Source: Patescibacteria group bacterium (GTDB lineage Bacteria > Patescibacteriota > Minisyncoccia > Phycocordibacterales > Phycocordibacteraceae). From it: 63,555 bases of DNA. The stretch is from assembly GCA_018970465.1 (NCBI GenBank), contig JAGWWI010000003.1, positions 1 to 63,555 of the forward strand. Reading direction: 5' to 3'. This document shows, piece after piece, positions 52,874-61,313 of this stretch. The position numbers and the translations under genes are program-made. The notes below the pieces were generated by a model, which ran no database searches, was not told where the DNA came from, and was given only the letters and a program-made list of their open reading frames with translations. Within the stretch, counting starts at the first letter, position 1. Each line of letters starts with the position of its first letter.

Positions 52874-54232
52874 CTAGAGCTCGACCCCGAGCGCGGAGAA
52901 GTCAGCGGTCTCCATTGACTGGAAGCTCGTGCGCTTGTCGTCGAAGAAGAGCTCGACCCGGCCCGTGGGGCCATTGCGGTGCTTCTCGACGAGGACCTCG
53001 GCGACGCCCGTCTTCTCGCCCTCCTCGCTCCGCTTGTCGTCGCGGTGGATGAACATGACGACGTCGGCGTCCTGCTCGATCGAGCCGGAGTCCCGGAGGT
53101 CGGAGAGGCGCGGCTTGCCGCCGCGCTGCTCGACGGCGCGCGAGAGCTGCGAGAGCGCGATGACCGGCACCTCGAGCTCGCGGGCGAGGGCCTTCAGCGA
53201 GCGGGAGATTTCCGTCACCTGCTGCACCATCGAGTCGGAGGCGCGCGTCGTCGTCGGTGCCATGAGCTGGAGGTAGTCGACGACGAGGAGCCCGACGCCG
53301 CGCTCGCGCTTCAGCCTCCTGGCGACCGCGCGCATCGCGAGGATGTTGTTGCCCGGCTTGTCGTCGATGAAGATCGGCGCCTTCGCGAGCTCCTCGAGAG
53401 CGTCGCGGATGCGGCCGAAGTCGCCCTCTTCACGGATCGCGCCGGTGCGGAGCTTCCAGGAGTTCACGAACGACTCGGCCGCGAGCATGCGGTCGATGAT
53501 CTGTTCCGCGCTCATCTCGAGCGAGAAGATCCCGACGGGTACGCCGTGTCGGATCGCTGCATTCCGCGCGAAGTCGAGGGCGAGCGAGGTCTTGCCGACC
53601 GAGGGCCGCGCGGCGAGGATCACGAGGTCGGAGGGGTGGAAGCCGGAGAGGAGGTTGTCGAGCGCCGGGAAGCCCGAGGGGACGCCGCGGATGCCGTCCT
53701 CGCGCTTCGAGAGGGCCTCGATGCGGTCCCAGGTCTCGTGCACCTTGTCGGCGATCGGAGTGAACTTGTGCGCCGCGCTATTGTCGCCGATCGCGTAGAT
53801 CTTCTTCTCCGCTTCGTCGAGGACCTCCATCGCCTCGCGGCTTTCGTCGTAGGCGCTCTCGCTAATCTCGTAGGAGGCGTCGATCAGGGCGCGCATCACG
53901 TGCTTCCTCGCGACGAGGTCTGCGTAGTGGGAGAAGTTGCCCGGCGCGGGCGCCGCGGCGGCGAGCTCGGCCAGGTAGGAACGGCCGCCCGCCCGCTCGA
54001 GGAGCCCCTGGCCGCCGAGGCGCTCCGAGAGGGTCAGGAGGTCGATCGGCTCGCCGCGGTCGGCGAGCTCGCGCATCGCCTGGAAGATGAGGCGGTGCTT
54101 CTCCGCGTAGAAGGACTCGGGCTTCACGAGGTCGGCGACGTCGTGGATCGCGTCAGGCTTCAAGAGGAGCGCGCCCAAGAGAGCCCGTTCAGACTCCAGA
54201 GACTGCGGCGGCACGCGGTCGACCTCGCTCAT
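52874..54232 (-). CDS. dnaB: Replicative DNA helicase DnaB
   Basis: PPQSLESERALLGALL..; Walker A ARPSVGKTS; ..VVDYLQLM.. Confidence 0.95.
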   Translation of the reverse strand: MSEVDRVPPQSLESERALLGALLLKPDAIHDVADLVKPESFYAEKHRLIFQAMRELADRGEPIDLLTLSERLGGQGLLERAGGRSYLAELAAAAPAPGNFSHYADLVARKHVMRALIDASYEISESAYDESREAMEVLDEAEKKIYAIGDNSAAHKFTPIADKVHETWDRIEALSKREDGIRGVPSGFPALDNLLSGFHPSDLVILAARPSVGKTSLALDFARNAAIRHGVPVGIFSLEMSAEQIIDRMLAAESFVNSWKLRTGAIREEGDFGRIRDALEELAKAPIFIDDKPGNNILAMRAVARRLKRERGVGLLVVDYLQLMAPTTTRASDSMVQQVTEISRSLKALARELEVPVIALSQLSRAVEQRGGKPRLSDLRDSGSIEQDADVVMFIHRDDKRSEEGEKTGVAEVLVEKHRNGPTGRVELFFDDKRTSFQSMETADFSALGVEL

Positions 54233-54248
54233 GAGGCCGATTCTACCA

Positions 54249-55688
54249 TCAGGACGCTTCGGTCAACACCGGCCCCGCGGGCCCGTCGTCCACACGATAT
54301 CCCCGTTTCGCGATCTCATCGCGGAGGCGATCCGCCGCCGCCCAGTCCTGGCGCGCGCGAGCGCCCTCGCGTTCGTCTACCAGAGTCCGGACCTCCTCCG
54401 GGGCTGCCGCGGCGGCGCGGGCGGGCGGGTCGGTGAGGCGGAGGCCAAGGTGCGCCTCGGCGTCCTCGAGGAGGCCCCACTTCTCAGCGGGGGAGTAGTC
54501 CTCGCTCTTCACGGCCTCCCAGAGGACGCCGAGGGCGGCCGGGGTCGCAAGATCGTCGCGCATCCGGGCGAGGAAGGCATCGCGCGCGGGCGAGAGGGCC
54601 GCTTTGCCGCGCGACTCTGCGCGGACCTCGCGCGCAGCCTTCCAGAGCCGGCCGAGCGCGGCGTCGGCGGCTGCTAAGGCGCTCCAAGAGAAGGAGACCG
54701 GCGTCTTGTAGTGCGCCTGGAGGAAGAAGTAGCGCAGGGCGAGCGGGTGGTAGCCGCGCTCCTTCAGGTCGGAGAGGTAGAAGACATTGCCGAGCGACTT
54801 CGAGATCTTCTCCCCCTCGAAGGTGAGGAACGCATTGTGGAGCCAGTAGCGGACGAACGGCGCGCGGCCCGAGGCGGCCTCCGACTGCGCGATCTCGTCG
54901 TTGTGGTGGATCGCGATGTGATCCTCGCCGCCGGTGTGGATGTCGAGCTGGTCGCCGAGGAGGGCGCGCGACATCGCCGAGCACTCGATGTGCCAGCCCG
55001 GATTCCCGCGGCCCCAGGGCGAGTCCCACTGCTGGAGGTCGCCCGGCTTCGCGAAGCGCCAGAGGGCGAAGTCGGCCCCGTGGCGCTTGCCCGCGGCCGG
55101 CGCGACGCGCGCGCCCTCTTTGAGTTCGACGCCCGCGAGGTTGCCGAGCTTGCCGTAGCCCGCGAACCGGCTCGTGTCGAAGTAGAGCCCGTCTGCCGCC
55201 CGGTAGGCGAAGCCTTTCTCCTCGAGCGTTTTGGCCATCGCGATCTGCTCGCGGATGTACTCGGTCGCGCGCGGGAAGAGGATCGCGCTCGTGTCGATAT
55301 CGAGTTCGCCGAGATCCTCGATGAAGGCGCGCATATAGCGCTCCGCGATCGCCTCGGGCGTTGTGCCCTCCCGCTTCGCGCCGACGTTCATCTTGTCTTC
55401 GCCCTGGTCGGCGTCCGAGACGAGGTGTCCGACATCGGTGATATTGATCACGCGCCGGACGCGGTAGCCGGCCGCGGCCAGGGTGCGCGCCAAGGTGTCG
55501 GAGAAGACGTAGGGCCGCAGGTTGCCGATCGACGCGCGGTTGTAGACGGTGGGGCCGCAGGTGTAGAGCGAGACCTGCCCGGCCTTCAGGGGGATGAAGA
55601 GCTCTTTGCCGCCCGAGAGCGTGTTGGTGAGGAGGATGCGCGGGGGCGGCGCGGGGCGCGGGGCGCGGGAGAAGAAGGGGAGCCGCAT
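54249..55688 (-). CDS. cysS: Cysteinyl-tRNA synthetase
   Basis: ..LYTCGPTVYN.ASIGN.R..; ..GNPGWHIECSAM..; KISKSLGN (KMSKS). Confidence 0.95.
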   Translation of the reverse strand: MRLPFFSRAPRPAPPPRILLTNTLSGGKELFIPLKAGQVSLYTCGPTVYNRASIGNLRPYVFSDTLARTLAAAGYRVRRVINITDVGHLVSDADQGEDKMNVGAKREGTTPEAIAERYMRAFIEDLGELDIDTSAILFPRATEYIREQIAMAKTLEEKGFAYRAADGLYFDTSRFAGYGKLGNLAGVELKEGARVAPAAGKRHGADFALWRFAKPGDLQQWDSPWGRGNPGWHIECSAMSRALLGDQLDIHTGGEDHIAIHHNDEIAQSEAASGRAPFVRYWLHNAFLTFEGEKISKSLGNVFYLSDLKERGYHPLALRYFFLQAHYKTPVSFSWSALAAADAALGRLWKAAREVRAESRGKAALSPARDAFLARMRDDLATPAALGVLWEAVKSEDYSPAEKWGLLEDAEAHLGLRLTDPPARAAAAAPEEVRTLVDEREGARARQDWAAADRLRDEIAKRGYRVDDGPAGPVLTEAS

Positions 55689-55697
55689 ACCTACTAT

Positions 55698-56648
55698 CTA
55701 AAAGATCCAGCGCTTCTTGGCGAAGACGCCGGTCAGGAGGAGCGAGATCGCGGCCATGATGCCCATCACGATCCAGAACGCGTTCGGCGAGTCGACGATC
55801 GGCATGCCCGCCGTGCGCATCGCGAATATCCAGGAGACGAGGCCCAGGGGGAGGAAGATGAAGTTCACCACCGTGAGCGTCCGCATGATCTGGTTCTGCC
55901 CCGCATTGAGGAGCGCGCTGTTGGTCTCGCGGAGCTCGGTGCCGAGCGCGAGGTGCGTGCGGACGAGCTCTTCGACCTGGCTGCGCTCGCTCCGGATCCG
56001 CGCCGCGCGCTCGTTGAAGGGCGCGCCGAAATAGTCGCCGCGCGCAAGCGCGGCGAGGAATCGATCCAAGGGCTCCTCCTGATTCGCAAGCGCGGCGAGG
56101 AGGTGGAGGTACGCGCGATTGACGTTGCCGATCGCGCGCACCGCGTGGCGCTCCTGGCCCGCGAACATATCGGCCTCGATCCGCGCGAGGCGGTCGGCGA
56201 GGTGGTTGGTGTGGTCGCGCACGGCCGCGTAGAGGTGCGCGAAGAGGATCTCGAGCAGGGTTTCGGTAGCGATCTTCGCGCTGCCGCCCTGGAGCTCTTC
56301 GCTCTCGAGGAGCTTTCGCAGGCGGTGCAAGGGGGCGATCACTTCGTAGCGCACAGTGACGATGAAGTGCTTCCCGACGATGAAGTCCACCTCCTGGGTC
56401 TTCGTCTCGTTCTCGGCGCTGCGCTCGTCATGTACCGCATTGTGTTCGTCGGCGTGGGCGGGGAAGTGGAACACGGCGAGCGCGGCGCGCTCGTCGCCCG
56501 AGACGAGCGGGAACGGGGTGGGGGAGAGGAGTTCGGCCTCGAGCCGCTCGGAGAGGCAGAACTCGCGCGCGACGGCGCGGATCTCCTCGTCGGCCGGATT
56601 CTCGAGGTCGACCCACACGCCGCCCGCATGCTCCTGCCGGTAGACCAT
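55698..56648 (-). CDS. CorA-like divalent cation transporter family protein with non-canonical AMR in place of GMN
   Basis: Internal ATG (MVYRQEHAG..). Two C-terminal TM helices. The loop reads ..SWIFAMRTAGMP.. where CorA has ..YGMNF..MP... Confidence 0.7.
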   Translation of the reverse strand: MVYRQEHAGGVWVDLENPADEEIRAVAREFCLSERLEAELLSPTPFPLVSGDERAALAVFHFPAHADEHNAVHDERSAENETKTQEVDFIVGKHFIVTVRYEVIAPLHRLRKLLESEELQGGSAKIATETLLEILFAHLYAAVRDHTNHLADRLARIEADMFAGQERHAVRAIGNVNRAYLHLLAALANQEEPLDRFLAALARGDYFGAPFNERAARIRSERSQVEELVRTHLALGTELRETNSALLNAGQNQIMRTLTVVNFIFLPLGLVSWIFAMRTAGMPIVDSPNAFWIVMGIMAAISLLLTGVFAKKRWIF

Positions 56649-56717
56649 TGCGTAGAGAATAGCACGAGGTGCTTCATTTCTTCTTCGGTAATTGTTGCGT
56701 GGTATACTTCGCGCGTG

Positions 56718-57983
56718 ATGCGCATGCCTCAATTCGCGGGCGGGGTGAAGCGGCCGATGGCCTTCGCGCTCGTCGCGGGCGTGGCCTTCGCCGCCGGGCT
56801 CCTCTTGGGCGGCAACACGGGCGCGACAGCGGCAGTCGTCTCGCATCTCCCATTCACGGGCGACAATCTCGACGCGACGCCCGACCCGAACGCGAACCTC
56901 ACCGACTTCTGGGAGGCGTGGAACGCTCTGAACACGGAGTACGTCAACACGCACGCCTCGACTACGATCCCGACGGACCAGCAGAAGATCTACGGCGCGA
57001 TCCAGGGGCTCGCCGCCTCCTACGGCGACCCGTACACGCTCTTCTTCCCGCCCAAAGAAGCTAAGGCGTTCAATCAGAGCATCTCGGGCTCATTCGCGGG
57101 CGTCGGGCTCGAGCTCGACGAGAAGAACGGCGCGCTCGTCGTCATCGCGCCCTTGAAGGGCACGCCGGCATTCGCGGCAGGGGTCAAGGCGGGCGACCAG
57201 ATCGTCGCGATCGACGGCAAGTCGACCGAGAGCATGTCGATCGACCAGGCCGTCGCGGCGATTCGCGGCAAGGCGGGCACCGTCGTCGACCTCCTCATCG
57301 TGCGGAGCGGCGGCGCGCCCTTCGACGTCAAGATCACGCGCGCGACGATCCAGGTGCCCGAGACCGACGACGGGCTCGACCCAACATCGGGTGTCTACCA
57401 CATCGCGCTTTACGAGTTCACGGCGAACTCGGCCGACCTCTTCAACGCCGCTCTTGAGCGCTTCGCCGCCTCAGGATCGAAGAAGCTCGTCATCGACCTG
57501 CGCGGGAACCCGGGCGGCTACCTCGACGCGGCGGTCGCGATCGCGAGCCACTTCCTCCCCAAGGGCGCGACCATCGTGACGGAGGACTTCGCCGGGAAGC
57601 AGCCGAACGACGTGCACACTTCGACCGGCTCGGGCGGCGTCCCGGCGGGGACGAAGGTCGCGGTCCTGATCGACGGCGGTTCCGCCTCGGCTTCCGAGAT
57701 CCTCGCCGGTGCCTTGCAGGACAACCACGCGGCGACCTTGATCGGCGCGCAGTCCTTCGGCAAAGGGTCGGTGCAGACCCTCCTCGACCTCGGCGGCGGC
57801 TCCTTGAAGGTGACGGTCGCCCGCTGGGTCACTCCCGCAGGCCACTGGATCATGGAGAAAGGCATCACGCCCGATATCGTTGCCGCAGCGACCTCGACCT
57901 CGGTCTCGACCGTCTCGCAGGACGTGCCCGGCAAGGATCCGCAGTTCGACCGGGCAGTCCGCTTTTTGACCACCGGCAAGTGA
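56718..57983 (+). CDS. ctpA: Carboxy-terminal processing peptidase (S41 family) with PDZ domain
   Basis: Only the 3' third of the 1090-aa ORF 54711..57983 is taken as real. It has an N-terminal TM, a PDZ domain (..GVGLEL..VIAPLKGTPA..AGVKAGD.IVAIDG), and ..DLRGNPGG.., ..SASASEI.., ..FGKGSVQ.. Confidence 0.88.
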   Translation: MRMPQFAGGVKRPMAFALVAGVAFAAGLLLGGNTGATAAVVSHLPFTGDNLDATPDPNANLTDFWEAWNALNTEYVNTHASTTIPTDQQKIYGAIQGLAASYGDPYTLFFPPKEAKAFNQSISGSFAGVGLELDEKNGALVVIAPLKGTPAFAAGVKAGDQIVAIDGKSTESMSIDQAVAAIRGKAGTVVDLLIVRSGGAPFDVKITRATIQVPETDDGLDPTSGVYHIALYEFTANSADLFNAALERFAASGSKKLVIDLRGNPGGYLDAAVAIASHFLPKGATIVTEDFAGKQPNDVHTSTGSGGVPAGTKVAVLIDGGSASASEILAGALQDNHAATLIGAQSFGKGSVQTLLDLGGGSLKVTVARWVTPAGHWIMEKGITPDIVAAATSTSVSTVSQDVPGKDPQFDRAVRFLTTGK

Positions 57984-58002
57984 TGCGCTAAGGTGGGGGA
58001 GT

Positions 58003-58449
58003 ATGAAAGTGATACTCACTCGGGACGTGAAGGGCGTTGGGCGCGCGCAGGAAGCGGTCGAGGCCAAGGACGGCTACGCGCTGAACTTCCTCATCCCTAA
58101 GAAGCTCGCGATCCCCGCGACCGCTGCGGCCTTGAAGGAGGCGGAGTCGCGCGCAAAGGCCGTGCACGAGCGCCGCACGCTCGACGAGAAGCTCCTCGCT
58201 GAGACCTTCGCGAAACTCGCGGAGGTGCGCCTCACGATCCGCGTGAAGGCGAACGAGCAGGGCCACCTCTACGAGGCTATCGGCCCGCGCGAGATAGCCG
58301 CTGCGCTCGCCAAAGAGACGCGCCTCGCGCTCCCGGAGGAGGCGATCCGGCTCGAAAAGCCGTTCAAAGAGCTCGGCACATTCACCGTCCCGGTCGCAGC
58401 GGGGGAGGCCTTCGGCGAGTTCGCGCTCGTGATCGAGCCCGAGGCGTAA
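58003..58449 (+). CDS. rplI: 50S ribosomal protein L9
   Basis: MKVILTRDVKGVGRA.E.VE.KDGYA.NFLIPKKLA.. Confidence 0.92.
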   Translation: MKVILTRDVKGVGRAQEAVEAKDGYALNFLIPKKLAIPATAAALKEAESRAKAVHERRTLDEKLLAETFAKLAEVRLTIRVKANEQGHLYEAIGPREIAAALAKETRLALPEEAIRLEKPFKELGTFTVPVAAGEAFGEFALVIEPEA

Positions 58450-58570
58450 ACAAACATACGAACAGACAGAGGAACGCCCGCCGGTTGTCGGCGGACGCTT
58501 TCGTATTCGCGATCGCGCGCTCTCCCTCGAGACTCCAATGAGCTTCCGGTGCGGGCGATCGGGTGTGTAG

Positions 58571-59653
58571 TCAGAGCGCGGGCTCAATCGGGCGGTCCGC
58601 GGGCTCGACCAGGCGCGGGCGTATCTCGGGAGCGAGTATGTGCGCGTTGCTTTCGTCAGTGCGGAGGAAGCGCCAGCCCCGCTCGGCGAACCAGTCCGCG
58701 ACGGAGCCCGCGCGGCCCTCTGCGGCCTCAGCGAGCAGGCGCGCGACGTGGGCGGTGAGGATCTTCATGCGTCCGGTAGCGGCGTCGTAGGTAGCGAGGT
58801 CGACATACGGGCAGTCGCGCGGGCCCTCGATCGGCCCGCGGAAGACGGTAACCGGCCGGCCGCTGCGCACCTCCTCGCGACTCTGCGCGAGCGTCGCGGT
58901 GACGAGGTGTGGCTCCATCGAGTCGAGCTGGCGCGCGGGGTTCGTGTAGTAGAGCGCCTGCGCGCCTATTCGCGGTTCTTCGGCGAGAGCCTCGCCGGTT
59001 TCGCTCGACTCCCCGAGCGTTCTCTGGCCCCGATAGGGCAGTGGCGCTCGGTGCGAGCGATAGAAGAGAAGCCACGCAGCTGCTGCCGCGATCAGGCTAA
59101 CGCCGATCGCGATGACGATCAGCAAGGCGAGCACGGGCGTTGCGTAGTCGCGAGCGTATTCGACCCGTGCAGGAACGGGAGTGACATAGCGCACGCTCAG
59201 GTAACGCACGAGCGTATCGATCTCGCCTTTGAGAGACCGGATCTCGTCCTTAGCAGCGCGCGCGGCCGCTTGCGCGGCGTCGCGTTCGCGGCGAGCCGCT
59301 TCGAGCGCGGTGCGGAGCTGCTCCGCGGCGTTCGTCGTTGCGGCGGTAGCGGCAGGAGCCGCCGCTGGCGCCTTGGTGGCCTCTGGCGGCGCGGCGAGCA
59401 GCGTCTCGCAGCTCTGCCAGATCGAGTCGCCGGCGGCGAAGCGCCGGTGGATCGTATCGGTCGGCGTGAACGCGATCGCGTAGGTCGCTCCGGTACGCAT
59501 GCGGGAAGCAGCCTGTACCGTGAGGTGATTGGCCGCGAGCGAGCGGGTGACGCAGGCGAGCGTGTCGTGGTTCGAGACGCGCGCTGCAGCCGGCAGCGCG
59601 ATAAACGCGGCGAGCAGGATCGCTGCCAAAGCCGCGAACGGTATGCGGAGCAT
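58571..59653 (-). CDS. Hypothetical membrane protein (signal peptide, coiled segment, one TM, C-terminal cytoplasmic domain)
   Basis: MLRIPFAALAAILLAAFIALPAAA..; mid TM VLALLIVIAIGVSLIAAAAAWLLF. Confidence 0.5.
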   Translation of the reverse strand: MLRIPFAALAAILLAAFIALPAAARVSNHDTLACVTRSLAANHLTVQAASRMRTGATYAIAFTPTDTIHRRFAAGDSIWQSCETLLAAPPEATKAPAAAPAATAATTNAAEQLRTALEAARRERDAAQAAARAAKDEIRSLKGEIDTLVRYLSVRYVTPVPARVEYARDYATPVLALLIVIAIGVSLIAAAAAWLLFYRSHRAPLPYRGQRTLGESSETGEALAEEPRIGAQALYYTNPARQLDSMEPHLVTATLAQSREEVRSGRPVTVFRGPIEGPRDCPYVDLATYDAATGRMKILTAHVARLLAEAAEGRAGSVADWFAERGWRFLRTDESNAHILAPEIRPRLVEPADRPIEPAL

Positions 59654-59764
59654 GGTCGCTCTCCTTCTTCCAGTTCAGCCTGGTGGGTAGCAAAGATCGT
59701 TCCCGACCTAGTCGGGGATCCTAGAGAGCACTATAAGAGTCGCGAGGTGAAGGGCGCGTGAGCG

Positions 59765-60040
59765 CTACGCGAGCACGTCCGCAACCTTGCGGACGATGAC
59801 CTTGCCCGTATAGGTGCGCTTGCGCGCGGTGCGGAAGGCGATTGTCCCGGCGCTCATTGCGAAGAGGGTGTGATCGCGGCCGACGCGCACGTTCTTGCCC
59901 GGCATGATGCGCGTGCCGCGCTGGCGGACGATCACCATGCCGGGGCGCACGGCGGCGCCGTCGGCGAGCTTGACGCCGAGGTACTTCGGTTTCGAATCCC
60001 GGAGGTTCTTTGACGAGCCGCCTGCTTTGGTTGATGCCAT
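59765..60040 (-). CDS. rpmA: 50S ribosomal protein L27
   Basis: [32 protein letters not shown]...PG.NV..G.D.TLFA.. Confidence 0.95.
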   Translation of the reverse strand: MASTKAGGSSKNLRDSKPKYLGVKLADGAAVRPGMVIVRQRGTRIMPGKNVRVGRDHTLFAMSAGTIAFRTARKRTYTGKVIVRKVADVLA

Positions 60041-60051
60041 ATACTGTGCCT

Positions 60052-60450
60052 ATGACTATAGCAGAGGCTCGAGCGAAGGGCAAGGCGCTCGTAGGCGCCC
60101 TGTGGGCGCGCGCAGAGGCGCTCCCGAAGGATGTGCTTGTCCTCGCAGTGCTTGTCGCGGCCTCGCTCGCCGCCTTCGGGCTCGGGTATCTCGCGGGGCG
60201 GGACGCGGGGGAGTCGGCGGCGCCGGTCTCGATCGAGGTGACCAGGCCCGAGCCCGTCGCTCCAGGGGCCACCGCCGCAGCGGGGCAGGGGAGCGGCGCG
60301 TTCGTCGCCTCGAAGAACGGCGCGAAGTACTACCTCCCGACCTGCAGCGGCGCGAAGCGCATCAGCGATGCGAACAAAGTGTGGTTTGCCTCCGCAGCCG
60401 CTGCGGCCGCCGCGGGCTATGCACCGGCGGCGAATTGTCCGGGGCTCTAG
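60052..60450 (+). CDS. Membrane-anchored protein with C-terminal Cys-containing (Ada-Zn/sunset-like) domain
   Basis: TM helix (VLVLAVLVAASLAAFGLGYL). C-terminal ..FVASKNGAKYYLPTCSGAKRISDANKVWFASAAAAAAAGYAPAANC... Confidence 0.5.
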   Translation: MTIAEARAKGKALVGALWARAEALPKDVLVLAVLVAASLAAFGLGYLAGRDAGESAAPVSIEVTRPEPVAPGATAAAGQGSGAFVASKNGAKYYLPTCSGAKRISDANKVWFASAAAAAAAGYAPAANCPGL

Positions 60451-60467
60451 GCTGGTACACTAAGGGC

Positions 60468-61223
60468 ATGAACGCCGATCTTTCCGACGACATCGCGCCG
60501 CCGACGCCACCGCCCTCGACTGCCGACCGCCTCGCGAACGCCGTCGCCGAAGGCGCGCGCACGATGCCCGAGGATCGGCCGCTCCTCGTCTGCAAGCCGC
60601 GGCGCATCGAGAGCTGGCGCGTCTTCAAGATCATGTCGGAGTTCGTCGAGGGCTTCGACGTGATCCGCCGCTACTCCTTGGCCGCAACCTTCTTCGGCTC
60701 GGCGCGCGCGACCTTCGGCGACGAGGTCTACCAGCACGCGACGGAGCTCGCCGGTCGGCTCGCGAAGCAGGGCTTCGCCGTCATCACCGGCGGCTCCTCG
60801 GGGATCATGCAGGCGGCCAACCGGGGCGCCTTCGAGGCCGGGGGCGAGAGCGTGGGCCTCAATATCAACCTGAAGAATCCCCAGTCCTACAATCCATACC
60901 TTACTGAGCGCTTCGGCTTCGACCACTTCTTCGTGCGCAAGGTGATGCTCACCTACGCCTCCGAGGTGTATGTCTACTTCCCGGGCGGGTACGGCACGCT
61001 CGACGAATTCTTCGAGATCGTCACCCTCGTGCAGACGGGGAAGATCCGCAAGGTACCGCTCGTCCTCTTCGACAAGGAGTACTGGACGCCGCTCGTCGAA
61101 TTCCTCAAGAATAAGGTCTACCAGGATCACAAGGCGATCGACGAGGGCGATCTCGACCTCTTCCACCTCGTCGACACTGTCGACGAAGCCTACGACTACA
61201 TCATCAAGCACGTGAGCTGTTAA
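60468..61223 (+). CDS. LOG-family (TIGR00730) nucleotide phosphoribohydrolase
   Basis: ..VITGGSSGIMQAAN.GA.. and ..PGGYGTLDEFFE.. (PGGxGTxxE). Confidence 0.88.
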   Translation: MNADLSDDIAPPTPPPSTADRLANAVAEGARTMPEDRPLLVCKPRRIESWRVFKIMSEFVEGFDVIRRYSLAATFFGSARATFGDEVYQHATELAGRLAKQGFAVITGGSSGIMQAANRGAFEAGGESVGLNINLKNPQSYNPYLTERFGFDHFFVRKVMLTYASEVYVYFPGGYGTLDEFFEIVTLVQTGKIRKVPLVLFDKEYWTPLVEFLKNKVYQDHKAIDEGDLDLFHLVDTVDEAYDYIIKHVSC

Positions 61224-61313
61224 ATACGCGCGACGCTCCGCGTCGCGTGGCAGGGAAGTGTCGGATAAAAAAGAGCAGCGCGGATTTCTCCGCGCCGCCA
61301 AATGCAACCGATA

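Noticed and set aside
54711-56717. The N-terminal two-thirds of the 1090-aa + strand ORF 54711..57983.
   Set aside because: This part is antisense to cysS and the corA-like gene and has no protein-like features. Only the portion from 56718 (S41 peptidase, with TM start and promoter-like element) is credible.
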